Shown here piece after piece: positions 7,427-16,245 of a stretch of 64,000 bases of DNA. This stretch comes from an uncultured Clostridia bacterium (GTDB lineage: Bacteria > Bacillota > Clostridia > Christensenellales > UBA1242), in assembly GCA_934747885.1 (NCBI GenBank), contig CAKVHE010000001.1, forward strand, positions 445,584 through 509,583, read 5' to 3'. Made by a program: the position numbers and the translations under genes. The first letter of the stretch is position 1; each line of letters begins with the position of its first letter. The notes beneath the pieces are model-generated. The model was not told the origin of the DNA. It saw only the letters and a list, made by a program, of their open reading frames with translations, and searched no databases.

Positions 7427-9082
7427 TTATTCATTTTCGTTGTCTTCGTTTGCGCTTGCGGTTTGAAACTTGACTGGTTGCATTGGCTTGATTACAACTT
7501 GGCTTTTTCCACAGTCGTCTGTGGCAACAGTTGCCTCAAAGTCTACATATTTGTCTTGCTCTTCAAAAAAGTCCACCAATTTGGCAAAAAATTGTTGCTC
7601 TATTAGTTTGTACATTCCGCGCACGCCAAACTTGCCTTTTTGCGCTACTTGCGCGCACGCCGCTGCCAAACTTGGATCTAGTTTGTACTTTACTGAAAGG
7701 TGCTCGCGAGCAAAAATTTTTGCAAGCACCCTATTTACATATTTTTCAGCAATTGTGGTATAGTCTTGCAAAGACAAGTCTTCAAACTCAACGAGTTTCA
7801 TTCGACCGAGTAGTTCAGCCGGAAAAGCTTTTTGTAAGCGTTCGGTTAGCGGTGGTTCAGCTATCTTCTTTTCTTCTAGCGAAGAAGTAAAACCTGCCAC
7901 ACGAACTTTAGACATTTTTTTGCCGTCTTGCCCCGCATTGCTGGTTGCAACAAAGGTAAAGTTTGAAACATCGTACATTTTGCCTCTAACGTTTAGAGTA
8001 CCTTCGCCAAACATATTCATAAACGCGGTTTTTACTTGTGCGTTACATTTTTCAAATTCGTCAAGTATAATTACGCCACCATTAGGGTGCGCTTGCACAT
8101 ATTCTAGGAGAACTGGCGGTTTGTCCGAACCAACATACCCCATTGGCGAGCCAACTATGTTGTTTATGTGTGAAGCATCGTGCATTTGGCTAATATCTAT
8201 TAGGCAAGGTTTGGTTTCTTCGCCATAAATGGACTTACAAATTGCTTTTGCCATTTCAGTTTTGCCCACACCGGTTGGCCCCAAAAATAATAGGACATCA
8301 GGACGTTCGTCATCTTTAAACACCCTGCCCTTTAAATAACTAACAATTTCTTGTTTGGCTTTGACTTGCCCCACTACTTCATCCAAATAAGCCGTTTTTA
8401 TTTTTTTAACTTCGGCAGCATGGGGTGTGCTTGTTTTTTGTGGCTCGGCAGTAAACTTGTTTTTTTGTTTGGCCTTTTTTTCTTTTACTTTTTCATAACA
8501 TTCATAGCCAATAAAAAGATTTTCTACATTAGCAAAAAAGACATCGGCCTTTGAGCCTATCTCAGTATATGCCTTTACAAAAAGTTCTATGCTCCTTTCA
8601 AAGGCTTCTGCGTCTGCAATCAGTTTTGCGTCTGGTTCGGCATAAGTTAAATCGCAGGTGTTAAGCTTGTCGCAAATTGCCTGATATCTCACAAACAAAT
8701 AACTATCTATTATGCTAAACGGATCGTGCAAAAAAGCACCAATTAGACCATTTTGCAGATCTAATTTTTGTAATTTTTGCTCTGGCCCCTCAACTTTTAG
8801 TCTATCCCAAAAAGACTTTTTGCGTGGTGGCACAGCGCGTATTTCTTGTCCAATACTATCTTGCAAAAGCCTTAAATCTTTATATACGCCTTGCAAAAAT
8901 GGTACGGTATCGGTGCTTGAAAACTCTGCACAACGCTCCAAATAAACATGCAATAATCGGCTAATTTTTACTACATCGTTTTGTTTGTAGGTATATTCAT
9001 ACCCTTCGCTCTTTAAATATTCGTTTAGCGCCATGGTAAGTTTTTCTTCACTTGGCACCAAACTGGTAACTTTTTCCGCCAT
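7427..9082 (-). CDS. Orphan AAA+ ATPase with a single ClpA/ClpB-D2-like module and an unrecognised ~230-aa N-terminal domain
   Basis: Walker A LLFLGPTGVGKTEMAKA, Walker B VIILDEFEK, sensor-like FVATSNAG, GYVG motif, and a C-terminal small-domain-like PAELLGRMKLVEF. Confidence 0.75.
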   Translation of the reverse strand: MAEKVTSLVPSEEKLTMALNEYLKSEGYEYTYKQNDVVKISRLLHVYLERCAEFSSTDTVPFLQGVYKDLRLLQDSIGQEIRAVPPRKKSFWDRLKVEGPEQKLQKLDLQNGLIGAFLHDPFSIIDSYLFVRYQAICDKLNTCDLTYAEPDAKLIADAEAFERSIELFVKAYTEIGSKADVFFANVENLFIGYECYEKVKEKKAKQKNKFTAEPQKTSTPHAAEVKKIKTAYLDEVVGQVKAKQEIVSYLKGRVFKDDERPDVLLFLGPTGVGKTEMAKAICKSIYGEETKPCLIDISQMHDASHINNIVGSPMGYVGSDKPPVLLEYVQAHPNGGVIILDEFEKCNAQVKTAFMNMFGEGTLNVRGKMYDVSNFTFVATSNAGQDGKKMSKVRVAGFTSSLEEKKIAEPPLTERLQKAFPAELLGRMKLVEFEDLSLQDYTTIAEKYVNRVLAKIFAREHLSVKYKLDPSLAAACAQVAQKGKFGVRGMYKLIEQQFFAKLVDFFEEQDKYVDFEATVATDDCGKSQVVIKPMQPVKFQTASANEDNENE

Positions 9083-9111
9083 AGTCTTCCCCCTTGACCT
9101 GCTTTGATTAA

Positions 9112-9139
9112 ATTATATCACAAAAGCACGGTATGTCAA
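9112..9139 (-). promoter_or_regulatory. Near-consensus promoter of the AAA+ gene
   Basis: On the minus strand: TTGACA, 16 nt, TATAAT. An AAGGGGGAAG RBS lies upstream of the ATG at 9082. Confidence 0.6.
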
Positions 9140-9400
9140 TACACCACTTTTGCCCTTGCGCGCGAAAAACTAAGTAATTTATGATGTAAATTTTATAGCT
9201 TTTGGGTTCCAAAATCGCCTTATTTGCCACCTAAAAGTAAAACGCAGATATTGCGCAAACCACCTGACATAATAACTATTCGCAAAACAAAACCCGTTTT
9301 ACGAATAGTTTGATGCACGCCGACGGGCACCTGAGCCTTTAATTTTGGCAACAATATTGCCAAAATGGCAAGATTTTGATAAAAATCTACCAAAAATGGG

Positions 9401-9535
9401 GGATAATTATACCGAATTATCCTGGGATAATTCACCTAATTATACCCCGAATTATCTACTACCCCCCACGAAATTCCGTGCAATTCTCGAGGATAATTAT
9501 AGGATAATTCGCCTGAATTATACCCCCGAATTATG
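9401..9535. repeat. Iteron-like array of GGATAATT / (C)CGAATTAT words
   Basis: GGATAATT at 9401, 9425, 9491 and 9502. Inverted AATTATCC at 9415. Related TAATTATA/GAATTATN at 9437, 9449, 9515 and 9528. All lie within a 745-bp gene-free stretch. Confidence 0.75.
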
Positions 9536-9785
9536 TCTGCTTAATAATAAAGGTAAAGAGTAAAGATAAAGAAAATATTTATTAAACACTAGCAAGGTTG
9601 TTGCAAGCAACTTAAACCACCCAAGACAAGCATTGTGCCTTACGGCGAGCGTGAGCGATAAATAAAAAACATTTTTTAATTCTTTTTTTAGCCCTTCGCC
9701 TAAGAGTAGGGTAAAAATATCTTTTGCCAAGCAATTGGCTTTAAGCAAATTGCAAATTGGTTTTTGCCAAAGCAAATTTTTTGCA

Positions 9786-9819
9786 TAAAAAAAGCAAACC
9801 ACCTAAGTAATGGTTTGCT
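9786..9819 (-). terminator. Terminator of the 9828-10298 gene
   Basis: Minus strand: AGCAAACCA-loop-TGGTTTGCT followed by a T-run. Confidence 0.65.
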
Positions 9820-9827
9820 ATGGTTAG

Positions 9828-10298
9828 TTATTTGGTTTGCTCTTTTCCACAATGGTTGCAGAACTTTGAGCCTTTTTCAATTTCCTCGCCGCAATGCAAG
9901 CAGGTTGTTTTGTCTTCTAGCCCGTTTTTTACTGCCTTTGCTGTTTTTTCGACAGCTGGGGAAACGATATCCGCCTTTGTATCTGCCATTTGGGTTAGTT
10001 GTTGCTTGTTTTGTTCTTGCATATAGCGTTCACTTGCAAGACGCATTTTTGCAATTTTTGCCGAAAAGCCCATAAAAAGCATTGGCAAACTAAACACAAT
10101 TAAAAATATACCTGGGACAAACAAAGCGGGATTGGCAATCTTTTTGCCATCAAACCCAAATTCCATTTTAAACACAAAAAAGCCTAGCACGGCAAGCGTA
10201 ATGCCTGCCACTAGCGCACCTAGCCCCAAAAGGCGCAATACCAAAAGATGTTTTGGCTCTTTTAATTCTGTTTGATTGATTTGTTTGTTTTCTTCCAT
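9828..10298 (-). CDS. Membrane protein with a C-terminal zinc ribbon
   Basis: Start set to the ATG at 10298 (GGAGA RBS). Two hydrophobic helices, then CLHCGEEIEKGSKFCNHCG. Confidence 0.65.
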   Translation of the reverse strand: MEENKQINQTELKEPKHLLVLRLLGLGALVAGITLAVLGFFVFKMEFGFDGKKIANPALFVPGIFLIVFSLPMLFMGFSAKIAKMRLASERYMQEQNKQQLTQMADTKADIVSPAVEKTAKAVKNGLEDKTTCLHCGEEIEKGSKFCNHCGKEQTK

Positions 10299-10591
10299 TT
10301 TTTTCTCCACTGGTTATATTATACCACATAACAACAATTTGAGCAACAAATTTGCAACTTGTCTGGCATTTTTGCCCGGTAAAAAATTTTTTTTGGGTAC
10401 AAAACCCTTGCAAAATAAAGCCTTTTGGCGCGCTCGTGCAAAAAAGTGTGGTAACAAACTTGCAAAACCAAAATTTGTACTTTATACTGGTTTTAATCTC
10501 GCGCGCGAAAACTTTTGCGCCAATAACAAAAAACAAAAAGAACTTACTAAAATTTAGTAGGTTCTTTTGCGTTAATACTTTTGGAGGTGAG

Positions 10592-11293
10592 TTATTTTAT
10601 GAGCAAGTATTTTTCGATGTTAAACTTTTTCCACATCAATTCTTCTTCCGGTGGGTAGCAGATAAAGCGCATACGGTCTTTTTGTGTTGGATGTTCAAGC
10701 ACAAGTTCCACCGCATAAAGATTTAATAGCCCTTTTGGTGATTGTTCCTTGCCATACTTGGCGTCGCCGTAAATTGGCGTTCCTATTGTTTTAAACTGAA
10801 CTCTAATTTGGTGCGACCTACCGGTAAGCAAATGCACCTTGACAAGTGAATATCCGTCCACTGTTTCTAGCACTTCGTATTCTAGTTCTGCCTTTTTGGC
10901 GCCCTCAGAAAGTGCCGGAACCACAACCACGGTATTGGTTGCAGCGTCTTTTTTGAGATAGTGTGTAAGTTTGCCCTTTTTATCTCTTGGGCAGCCACAA
11001 AGCACTGCAAAATAAGTTTTTTCGGCAGTGTGCGAATTAAATTGTTCGCTAAGTCTGCTTGCCGATTTTGAATTGCGCGCAAACACCATTACCCCGCCGG
11101 TTGGCCTATCTAGTCTATGCACCAAACCAATAAACACATTACCTGGTTTGTTGTATTTTTCTTTTACATAATCTTTTACCATTGTAAGCATATCGCGGTC
11201 GCCCGAACTATCTTCTTGCGATGGTATGTTTTGTGGTTTTTCTACCACAACAATTGCATTGTCTTCGTACAGAACTCTAAATTCGTCTTTCAT
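10592..11293 (-). CDS. RluA-family pseudouridine synthase
   Basis: HRLDRPTGGVMVFARN catalytic motif. Start set to the ATG at 11293 (GGGAGAG RBS), 1 nt after the upstream gene's stop. Confidence 0.85.
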   Translation of the reverse strand: MKDEFRVLYEDNAIVVVEKPQNIPSQEDSSGDRDMLTMVKDYVKEKYNKPGNVFIGLVHRLDRPTGGVMVFARNSKSASRLSEQFNSHTAEKTYFAVLCGCPRDKKGKLTHYLKKDAATNTVVVVPALSEGAKKAELEYEVLETVDGYSLVKVHLLTGRSHQIRVQFKTIGTPIYGDAKYGKEQSPKGLLNLYAVELVLEHPTQKDRMRFICYPPEEELMWKKFNIEKYLLIK

Positions 11294-11294
11294 A

Positions 11295-12146
11295 TTACTC
11301 TCCCACAAACCACGAAGAATTTCCGCAAGGCAGATAAATTCCTTCGTCGGTCTTTATACCTATTTCGTCACTACAAAAAGTGCCGTTTTTGCCCTTTAAA
11401 CATTCACGCAATACATTTTCCATTGCTGTTGCGCCCAGCCCTGTTGTATATGAATTTATTAACACAAACAACGGTTTGTCGCTTAAAACTTTTGTTGCAA
11501 GTTTTACAAAATCTAGTATGTTGTCTTCTAGTTTCCACACTTCGCCATTGGCTCCGCGGCCATAACTTGGTGGGTCCATTATTATGGCGTCGTAATGATT
11601 GCCGCGCTTTATTTCTCGCGTTACAAACTTTTGGCAGTCTTCCACAATATACCTAACCGATGCATTGCCAAGACCGGACAAGCCTATATTTTGTTTGGCG
11701 CGTTCTACCATATTTTTTGCGCTATCTATGTGAGCCACACTCGCCCCCGCACTGGCGCATGCCACTGTGGCACCGCCGGTATAAGCGAACAAATTTAGCA
11801 CCTTTATTGGTCGGTTTGCCGACTTAATTAGGTCTATCATTTTTGCCCAGTTTGCCGCCTGCTCAGGAAACAATCCCGTATGCTTAAAGCCCATTGGCTT
11901 TATTAAAAACTTTAAGTCGCGCCACCCCACCGTCCATTCGTCGGGGATAGATTTGTTGTATTGCCACTTGCCACCGCCCGTGCTGGAACGCAAGTAATGC
12001 GCGTCGGCAAGTTTTGGGTTTATGCTTTCGCCCCAAATTATTTGTGGATCGGGACGCAAAAGTTTTACTTTGCCCCAACGCTCCAATTTTTCACCTTTGC
12101 CGGTTTGCAAAATTTCGTAATCTTTCCATTCTGCGTTAGATTGCAT
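11295..12146 (-). CDS. Class I SAM-dependent methyltransferase (RlmI/YwbD-type catalytic domain)
   Basis: LNLFAYTGGATVA (SAM motif I) and IIMDPPSYGRG (motif IV). Confidence 0.75.
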   Translation of the reverse strand: MQSNAEWKDYEILQTGKGEKLERWGKVKLLRPDPQIIWGESINPKLADAHYLRSSTGGGKWQYNKSIPDEWTVGWRDLKFLIKPMGFKHTGLFPEQAANWAKMIDLIKSANRPIKVLNLFAYTGGATVACASAGASVAHIDSAKNMVERAKQNIGLSGLGNASVRYIVEDCQKFVTREIKRGNHYDAIIMDPPSYGRGANGEVWKLEDNILDFVKLATKVLSDKPLFVLINSYTTGLGATAMENVLRECLKGKNGTFCSDEIGIKTDEGIYLPCGNSSWFVGE

Positions 12147-12155
12147 ATTTTTCTC

Positions 12156-12872
12156 CTAATAATTGTCTAGCACTGTTTGCATATCAATAATGTCCGCCGT
12201 TACCACAATACCAATTGGTTTTTGGTTGTAATTGCCATTTGGCGTGATAATTATGGTAGATAATTTGCGGTTTTGTTGGAACATATATAGCAAATTGTCT
12301 ATGGTTGCGTTTTCGTCCACCACTTCGTAATGGTCGCTATGATCCATAACTTCCAAAGCCTCTACCACCGGTTTGCCAATAAGTTTTTTTATGTCGCCAT
12401 CTTCGGCAATTGTTTTGCCAAGAGCGTCGGTTATCATTTTGCGGGTAATTACGCCAACTAGCGTTTGGTCTAAATAAACCGGCACATTGGAGTAGCCCGT
12501 TTTGTACATTTGAATTAAAATGTCACCAAGTTTTGCCTTGCCTTCTGCCACCAACACATTGCGGGTAAAACCACTTTTGCTAGCAATTGGCGGCGTGGTA
12601 ATTAAACGCGTTATTAGTTCCAATTTTTCCACCACATCGTCGTGAGGTTCGGCAATTATGCTATCGTCACTTCGGTGAACAATGGCATTGCGAAGCCTGC
12701 CAAAATCTATCAACGCGTCCTCGTGCTTTTTTATTACCATATTTACCGACGCGGTTTTGCGAATGCAATCCGAAAAACTGAGCGATGGCTTTAAGTTGTA
12801 AATATCTCTAAGGCCTTTGTCTAAACGATTGTATGCCATAATAAAACGGCTGGCGTTGCTTTTTACGTTCAT
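12156..12872 (-). CDS. HEPN-like N-terminal domain fused to a CBS pair
   Basis: Start set to the ATG at 12872 (AAGGAGA RBS). GRLRNAIVHR fits the HEPN Rx4-6H motif. The C-terminal ~130 aa look like two CBS repeats. Confidence 0.6.
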   Translation of the reverse strand: MNVKSNASRFIMAYNRLDKGLRDIYNLKPSLSFSDCIRKTASVNMVIKKHEDALIDFGRLRNAIVHRSDDSIIAEPHDDVVEKLELITRLITTPPIASKSGFTRNVLVAEGKAKLGDILIQMYKTGYSNVPVYLDQTLVGVITRKMITDALGKTIAEDGDIKKLIGKPVVEALEVMDHSDHYEVVDENATIDNLLYMFQQNRKLSTIIITPNGNYNQKPIGIVVTADIIDMQTVLDNY

Positions 12873-12946
12873 TTTTGTTCTCCTTTTGGTATTATAACAC
12901 ACCCACCGCAATTGGTAAAGAAAATTTTTATAATTTTAAAATCGGC

Positions 12947-12975
12947 TTGATTTTATGGCGGTTTTGCTATATAAT
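12947..12975 (+). promoter_or_regulatory. Promoter of the SRP RNA gene
   Basis: TTGATT, 17 nt, TATAAT. Confidence 0.6.
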
Positions 12976-12981
12976 TGTGGT

Positions 12982-13253
12982 ACTGCGCTAGGCGGGGAGT
13001 TAGTGGCACCCTGTAACCCTAAATCCACTATATTGGGGCTGAACAAACTTTTTAGACAGCGTTTATGGGAGGCTTGAAGTTTGCAAGCGTTGATGATCAC
13101 AAGGTCTTGTGCAATAGCACTTTGTGAACCATGTCAGAGCTTGATCGCAGCAGCATTAAGCAAAACCTGCTATGTGCCACAAGGTTGCTTTGTGGGAGAT
13201 GGCTACAATCTTACCACTCCGGTAGGCGTTGGCAAAAAAGCTTGCGCAGTAAA
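12982..13253 (+). ncRNA. ffs: Signal recognition particle RNA, long (Bacillus scRNA-type) form with Alu domain
   Basis: GCTAGGCGGGGAGTTAGTGGCACCCTGTAACCCTAAATCCAC and GAACCATGTCAG...AGCAGCATTAAGCAAAACCTGCTATGTGCCACAAGGTTGC parallel B. subtilis scRNA as I recall it. The 5' and 3' ends pair (ACTGCGC/GCGCAGT). A promoter and a terminator flank it. Confidence 0.8.
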
Positions 13254-13257
13254 CAAA

Positions 13258-13290
13258 AGCGGCGAAAATTTTCGCCGCTTTTGTTTTTTA
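13258..13290 (+). terminator. Terminator of ffs
   Basis: AGCGGCGAAAATTTTCGCCGCT hairpin plus a T-run. Confidence 0.8.
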
Positions 13291-13346
13291 TTATTTTGTA
13301 AACGTTTTGGCAAGCCCTTTTTGTACCGTGCGCCTCTTATGCTTTG

Positions 13347-14927
13347 TTAAAACGAAAGAGTTAAAGCGGGACGAATACCGCTGAAAGTATTATTCACAAA
13401 GTTAAGAGGCAAGTCACCATTATAACCAATAAAATAAGCAAAATCCGCGCCTGAACCCGCCGTGCGGAGCCAATAATACCCGCAGCTATTTGGGTATACA
13501 ACTGATTTATTAACAACCGCAAAATCAGTAGATGTCGCTGCGCGACCTCTTTTGTTTAAATACATATTCTCACCAAAATAAGTATTACCTGCTTCATAAT
13601 AGCTTATTAGCCATACATTGTCCTCAGTTGTGCTACCACCCGTTGTTACGGTGTAGTCGTCTTTGGTTGTGTATTCACTCGCACCAAAGTATCTGGTTGT
13701 ATTTTTAACAATATGGCCTTTATCTTCTGCGCTAAACGTGCTGGTGTAAAAGGCATTATTTAGCCAGGTGCGAACATTGCTTGTGTTCCATGTGTTACTG
13801 CTTGCATCAAACATTACATTTGCTGTTAATATTTGTTCACTAATTACTCTTAGGTTTGTAGTTGAACCAGTATATGCAGTTTTGGTAGTTGAATATGCTT
13901 CTAGCAAAAACCATTTTATTGGCTCTACTTTAAACCAGTAAGTATTTTTACTTGTTGCTCTTGTGCCGGTTGAGAATTTGTATTGTGTACTATTAGCGTT
14001 AACTACCGCACTCGCTACTTTTACATATTTAGCACCGTTGTAAGTATATTCCACATGCGCGGTTTGAGCACTATCGTCACTTGCACCAACCACAAAGGTT
14101 CTACCGGTTTTGGCGCTATCGCCCAAAGCATTTAATGCAGATACGGTTGTTGTGTCTTCTACCACCGTTTGTGGGTATTCGCCTAATTCTACATAATAAT
14201 AGTAGTTGCCACCAATTGCTTCATCCGTTACCCCTATTCCTGATGATGTAGATTGGGTGGTTGCTATGCCAAAGTTTAAGGTGTAGTTCCAATCTGCTGT
14301 TTCTATCTTTACAGATTTGCTCAAATCTACTTTTGCTTCTGCCTTAATAAATAGATGCTCCCCGCCATTTACGGTTACACTTCCGCCGTCAGTTAGTGAG
14401 GTAACGCTATCAAATGTTGGGAGAGTGGCATTTGATGCTTTGGTGTATGAATAACTAACAACCACATTTTTATCAGTTACTGCTGGTGCCGTTAGGGTTA
14501 TGCTATTTGCTACCGCATTTTCCGGTAATACATAGTAAAAGTAATAAGTTATGGCAACATAGGTTCTGCCACCATTTACTATTTCTTTAATTTTGTCATT
14601 GCTTACAAAGTCTACTTTTTCTTGTATGCTTGTGAGCGCATCGTTCTGCACCCCTTCGATGGTTGTGCCGTCGTACACTTTTAGCCAGTCGGTTGCGGTG
14701 GTACTTTCACTAAGCACTTTGCTAGTTGTTCTATCAGTGCCTGCTACATCACCTACACGCGTTGCATACAAAGTACCTTCTACCGCATCAAACTTTAAAT
14801 TAAGTTGGTTGGCAATTGCCACTTGAAAATTTGTTAAACTTGCCATAACACCAACTGCAATTAAGGATAATGCACACACCATAGAAATTATGGTAGCAAT
14901 TAACTTTGTTTTTGTACTTTTGTTCAT
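13347..14927 (-). CDS. Membrane-anchored surface protein with a DUF6273-like C-terminal domain
   Basis: N-terminal signal-anchor helix. The C-terminus (YWLRTAG...GIRPALTLSF) resembles DUF6273 by recollection. The N-terminal region is paralogous to 15064-15810. Confidence 0.6.
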   Translation of the reverse strand: MNKSTKTKLIATIISMVCALSLIAVGVMASLTNFQVAIANQLNLKFDAVEGTLYATRVGDVAGTDRTTSKVLSESTTATDWLKVYDGTTIEGVQNDALTSIQEKVDFVSNDKIKEIVNGGRTYVAITYYFYYVLPENAVANSITLTAPAVTDKNVVVSYSYTKASNATLPTFDSVTSLTDGGSVTVNGGEHLFIKAEAKVDLSKSVKIETADWNYTLNFGIATTQSTSSGIGVTDEAIGGNYYYYVELGEYPQTVVEDTTTVSALNALGDSAKTGRTFVVGASDDSAQTAHVEYTYNGAKYVKVASAVVNANSTQYKFSTGTRATSKNTYWFKVEPIKWFLLEAYSTTKTAYTGSTTNLRVISEQILTANVMFDASSNTWNTSNVRTWLNNAFYTSTFSAEDKGHIVKNTTRYFGASEYTTKDDYTVTTGGSTTEDNVWLISYYEAGNTYFGENMYLNKRGRAATSTDFAVVNKSVVYPNSCGYYWLRTAGSGADFAYFIGYNGDLPLNFVNNTFSGIRPALTLSF

Positions 14928-15063
14928 AAATTATTACCTTTTCGTTAGTATTAACGTATACACTGATTATATAACAAAAAAATAAAACCTCAAAATACTT
15001 TTTAAGCATTTTGAGATTTTTTATTTATTTTGTCGTTGAGATACAGCAACGCACAAAGCGCTT

Positions 15064-15810
15064 CTAAACCGTTGCTTCGGCGGCGGTATCGGTTAGGCTA
15101 AACGAGAAATTCCAGTTTAGAGGGTTGGCGGTGGTGCCAATATGCACGCTATGTTTGCTAACCGTTTCAAGCGCGCAATAAACATAGATGGTTTTGTTTT
15201 GACCAATAATTAGGCTGGTGCCGGCGGCATCGCCAATGGTTGGCGTTAACACATTTGCCGTGCTCCAATCGGCTGGTTCGGTTTCGCCGACGTAATAATA
15301 ATACGATATAATTACCTTGCCGGCATCTGCGTGCTTGATATCACTGGTCACCACATTTATTTGTGTGTTTTTGGTGATACTTGAGCCCGTAACAAACTTA
15401 AACGTGTATTCTATCTTGCGTGAGTCGTCCGTGACATTTACCGCCTTTTGCAAAGCGTTTAAAGCCTCTTTGTCTGCGCTGGCGCCGTAAGAGTAAATTG
15501 GTTTCATTAAAAAGTCACCGCCCGCGTTGTAGTCCGGTTCACTACCGCCTATGCGTTTGGCATACAAAGTGCCTTGCACGCCCGAAACTTCTAGCGTTAT
15601 TTGGTTGCCGATGGTAATTTCGGTACCTTGTGCGATTGCCGAATAAGCGCCAACTGCGAGCAAAGAAACCGAACATATTACTGCAAATAGTGCCAAAAAC
15701 AATCTCGCCTTTGGGTTTTTAAAAAAGGTGGTTTTTGCGCGTGCCTTTTTGGCGCGGTTTTTGTTAACTTTGTTTTTTTGAGCCTTTGAGGCCGACAAAT
15801 TATTATTCAA
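15064..15810 (-). CDS. Membrane-anchored secreted protein, paralogue of the N-terminal part of 13347-14927
   Basis: TTG start 7 nt after AGGAGG. Shares a signal anchor, GTLYAKRIGG (versus GTLYATRVGD) and a YYYYV motif. Confidence 0.6.
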   Translation of the reverse strand: MNNNLSASKAQKNKVNKNRAKKARAKTTFFKNPKARLFLALFAVICSVSLLAVGAYSAIAQGTEITIGNQITLEVSGVQGTLYAKRIGGSEPDYNAGGDFLMKPIYSYGASADKEALNALQKAVNVTDDSRKIEYTFKFVTGSSITKNTQINVVTSDIKHADAGKVIISYYYYVGETEPADWSTANVLTPTIGDAAGTSLIIGQNKTIYVYCALETVSKHSVHIGTTANPLNWNFSFSLTDTAAEATV

Positions 15811-15958
15811 TTTTTAGCCTCCTTGCCATTTTTCATTATTTATTATAATGCCCCAAAAAAAATAAGTCAAACAAAAAAAACGACCTGCCGCATTTGGCAA
15901 GACGTTTTTTTGATAGATTAAACAAATTAAGATTTAAAATAAATAATTGAACTAAATA

Positions 15959-16186
15959 TTACTTGTTATTTTCGATAAACTTAACCAAGTCACCGACTGT
16001 TTTGATGTTTGGCAAGTCTTCATCTGGAACCGAAGTGTTGAATGCTTCTTCTAGATCCATATAAATTTCTACAAGGTCGATAGAATCAGCGCCAAGGTCG
16101 GTTACGAAATTTGCTTCCATAGTAACCTTGTCAGCGTTTACGCCTAAGTTTTTTACAACGATTTCTTTAACTTTATCAAAAACCAT
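15959..16186 (-). CDS. acpP: Acyl carrier protein
   Basis: 75 aa with the DLGADSIDLVE phosphopantetheine-attachment motif. AGGAGG RBS. Confidence 0.9.
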   Translation of the reverse strand: MVFDKVKEIVVKNLGVNADKVTMEANFVTDLGADSIDLVEIYMDLEEAFNTSVPDEDLPNIKTVGDLVKFIENNK

Positions 16187-16245
16187 AGTTACCTCCTATT
16201 TTCTGCTTTTTTATTTTACTATTCTTGACCCGCTAAGTCAAGCGC

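Noticed and set aside
9220-10075. Track ORFs 9220-9435, 9345-9563, 9518-9802, 9764-10075 and 9820-10026
   Set aside because: They have no RBS. Their low-complexity translations (DNY/NYTP repeats) are generated by the DNA word repeats. The last two lie antisense to the zinc-ribbon membrane protein gene.
13081-13350. Track ORF 13081-13350 (89 aa)
   Set aside because: It lies inside the SRP RNA gene and its terminator. The RNA-level similarity explains the region.
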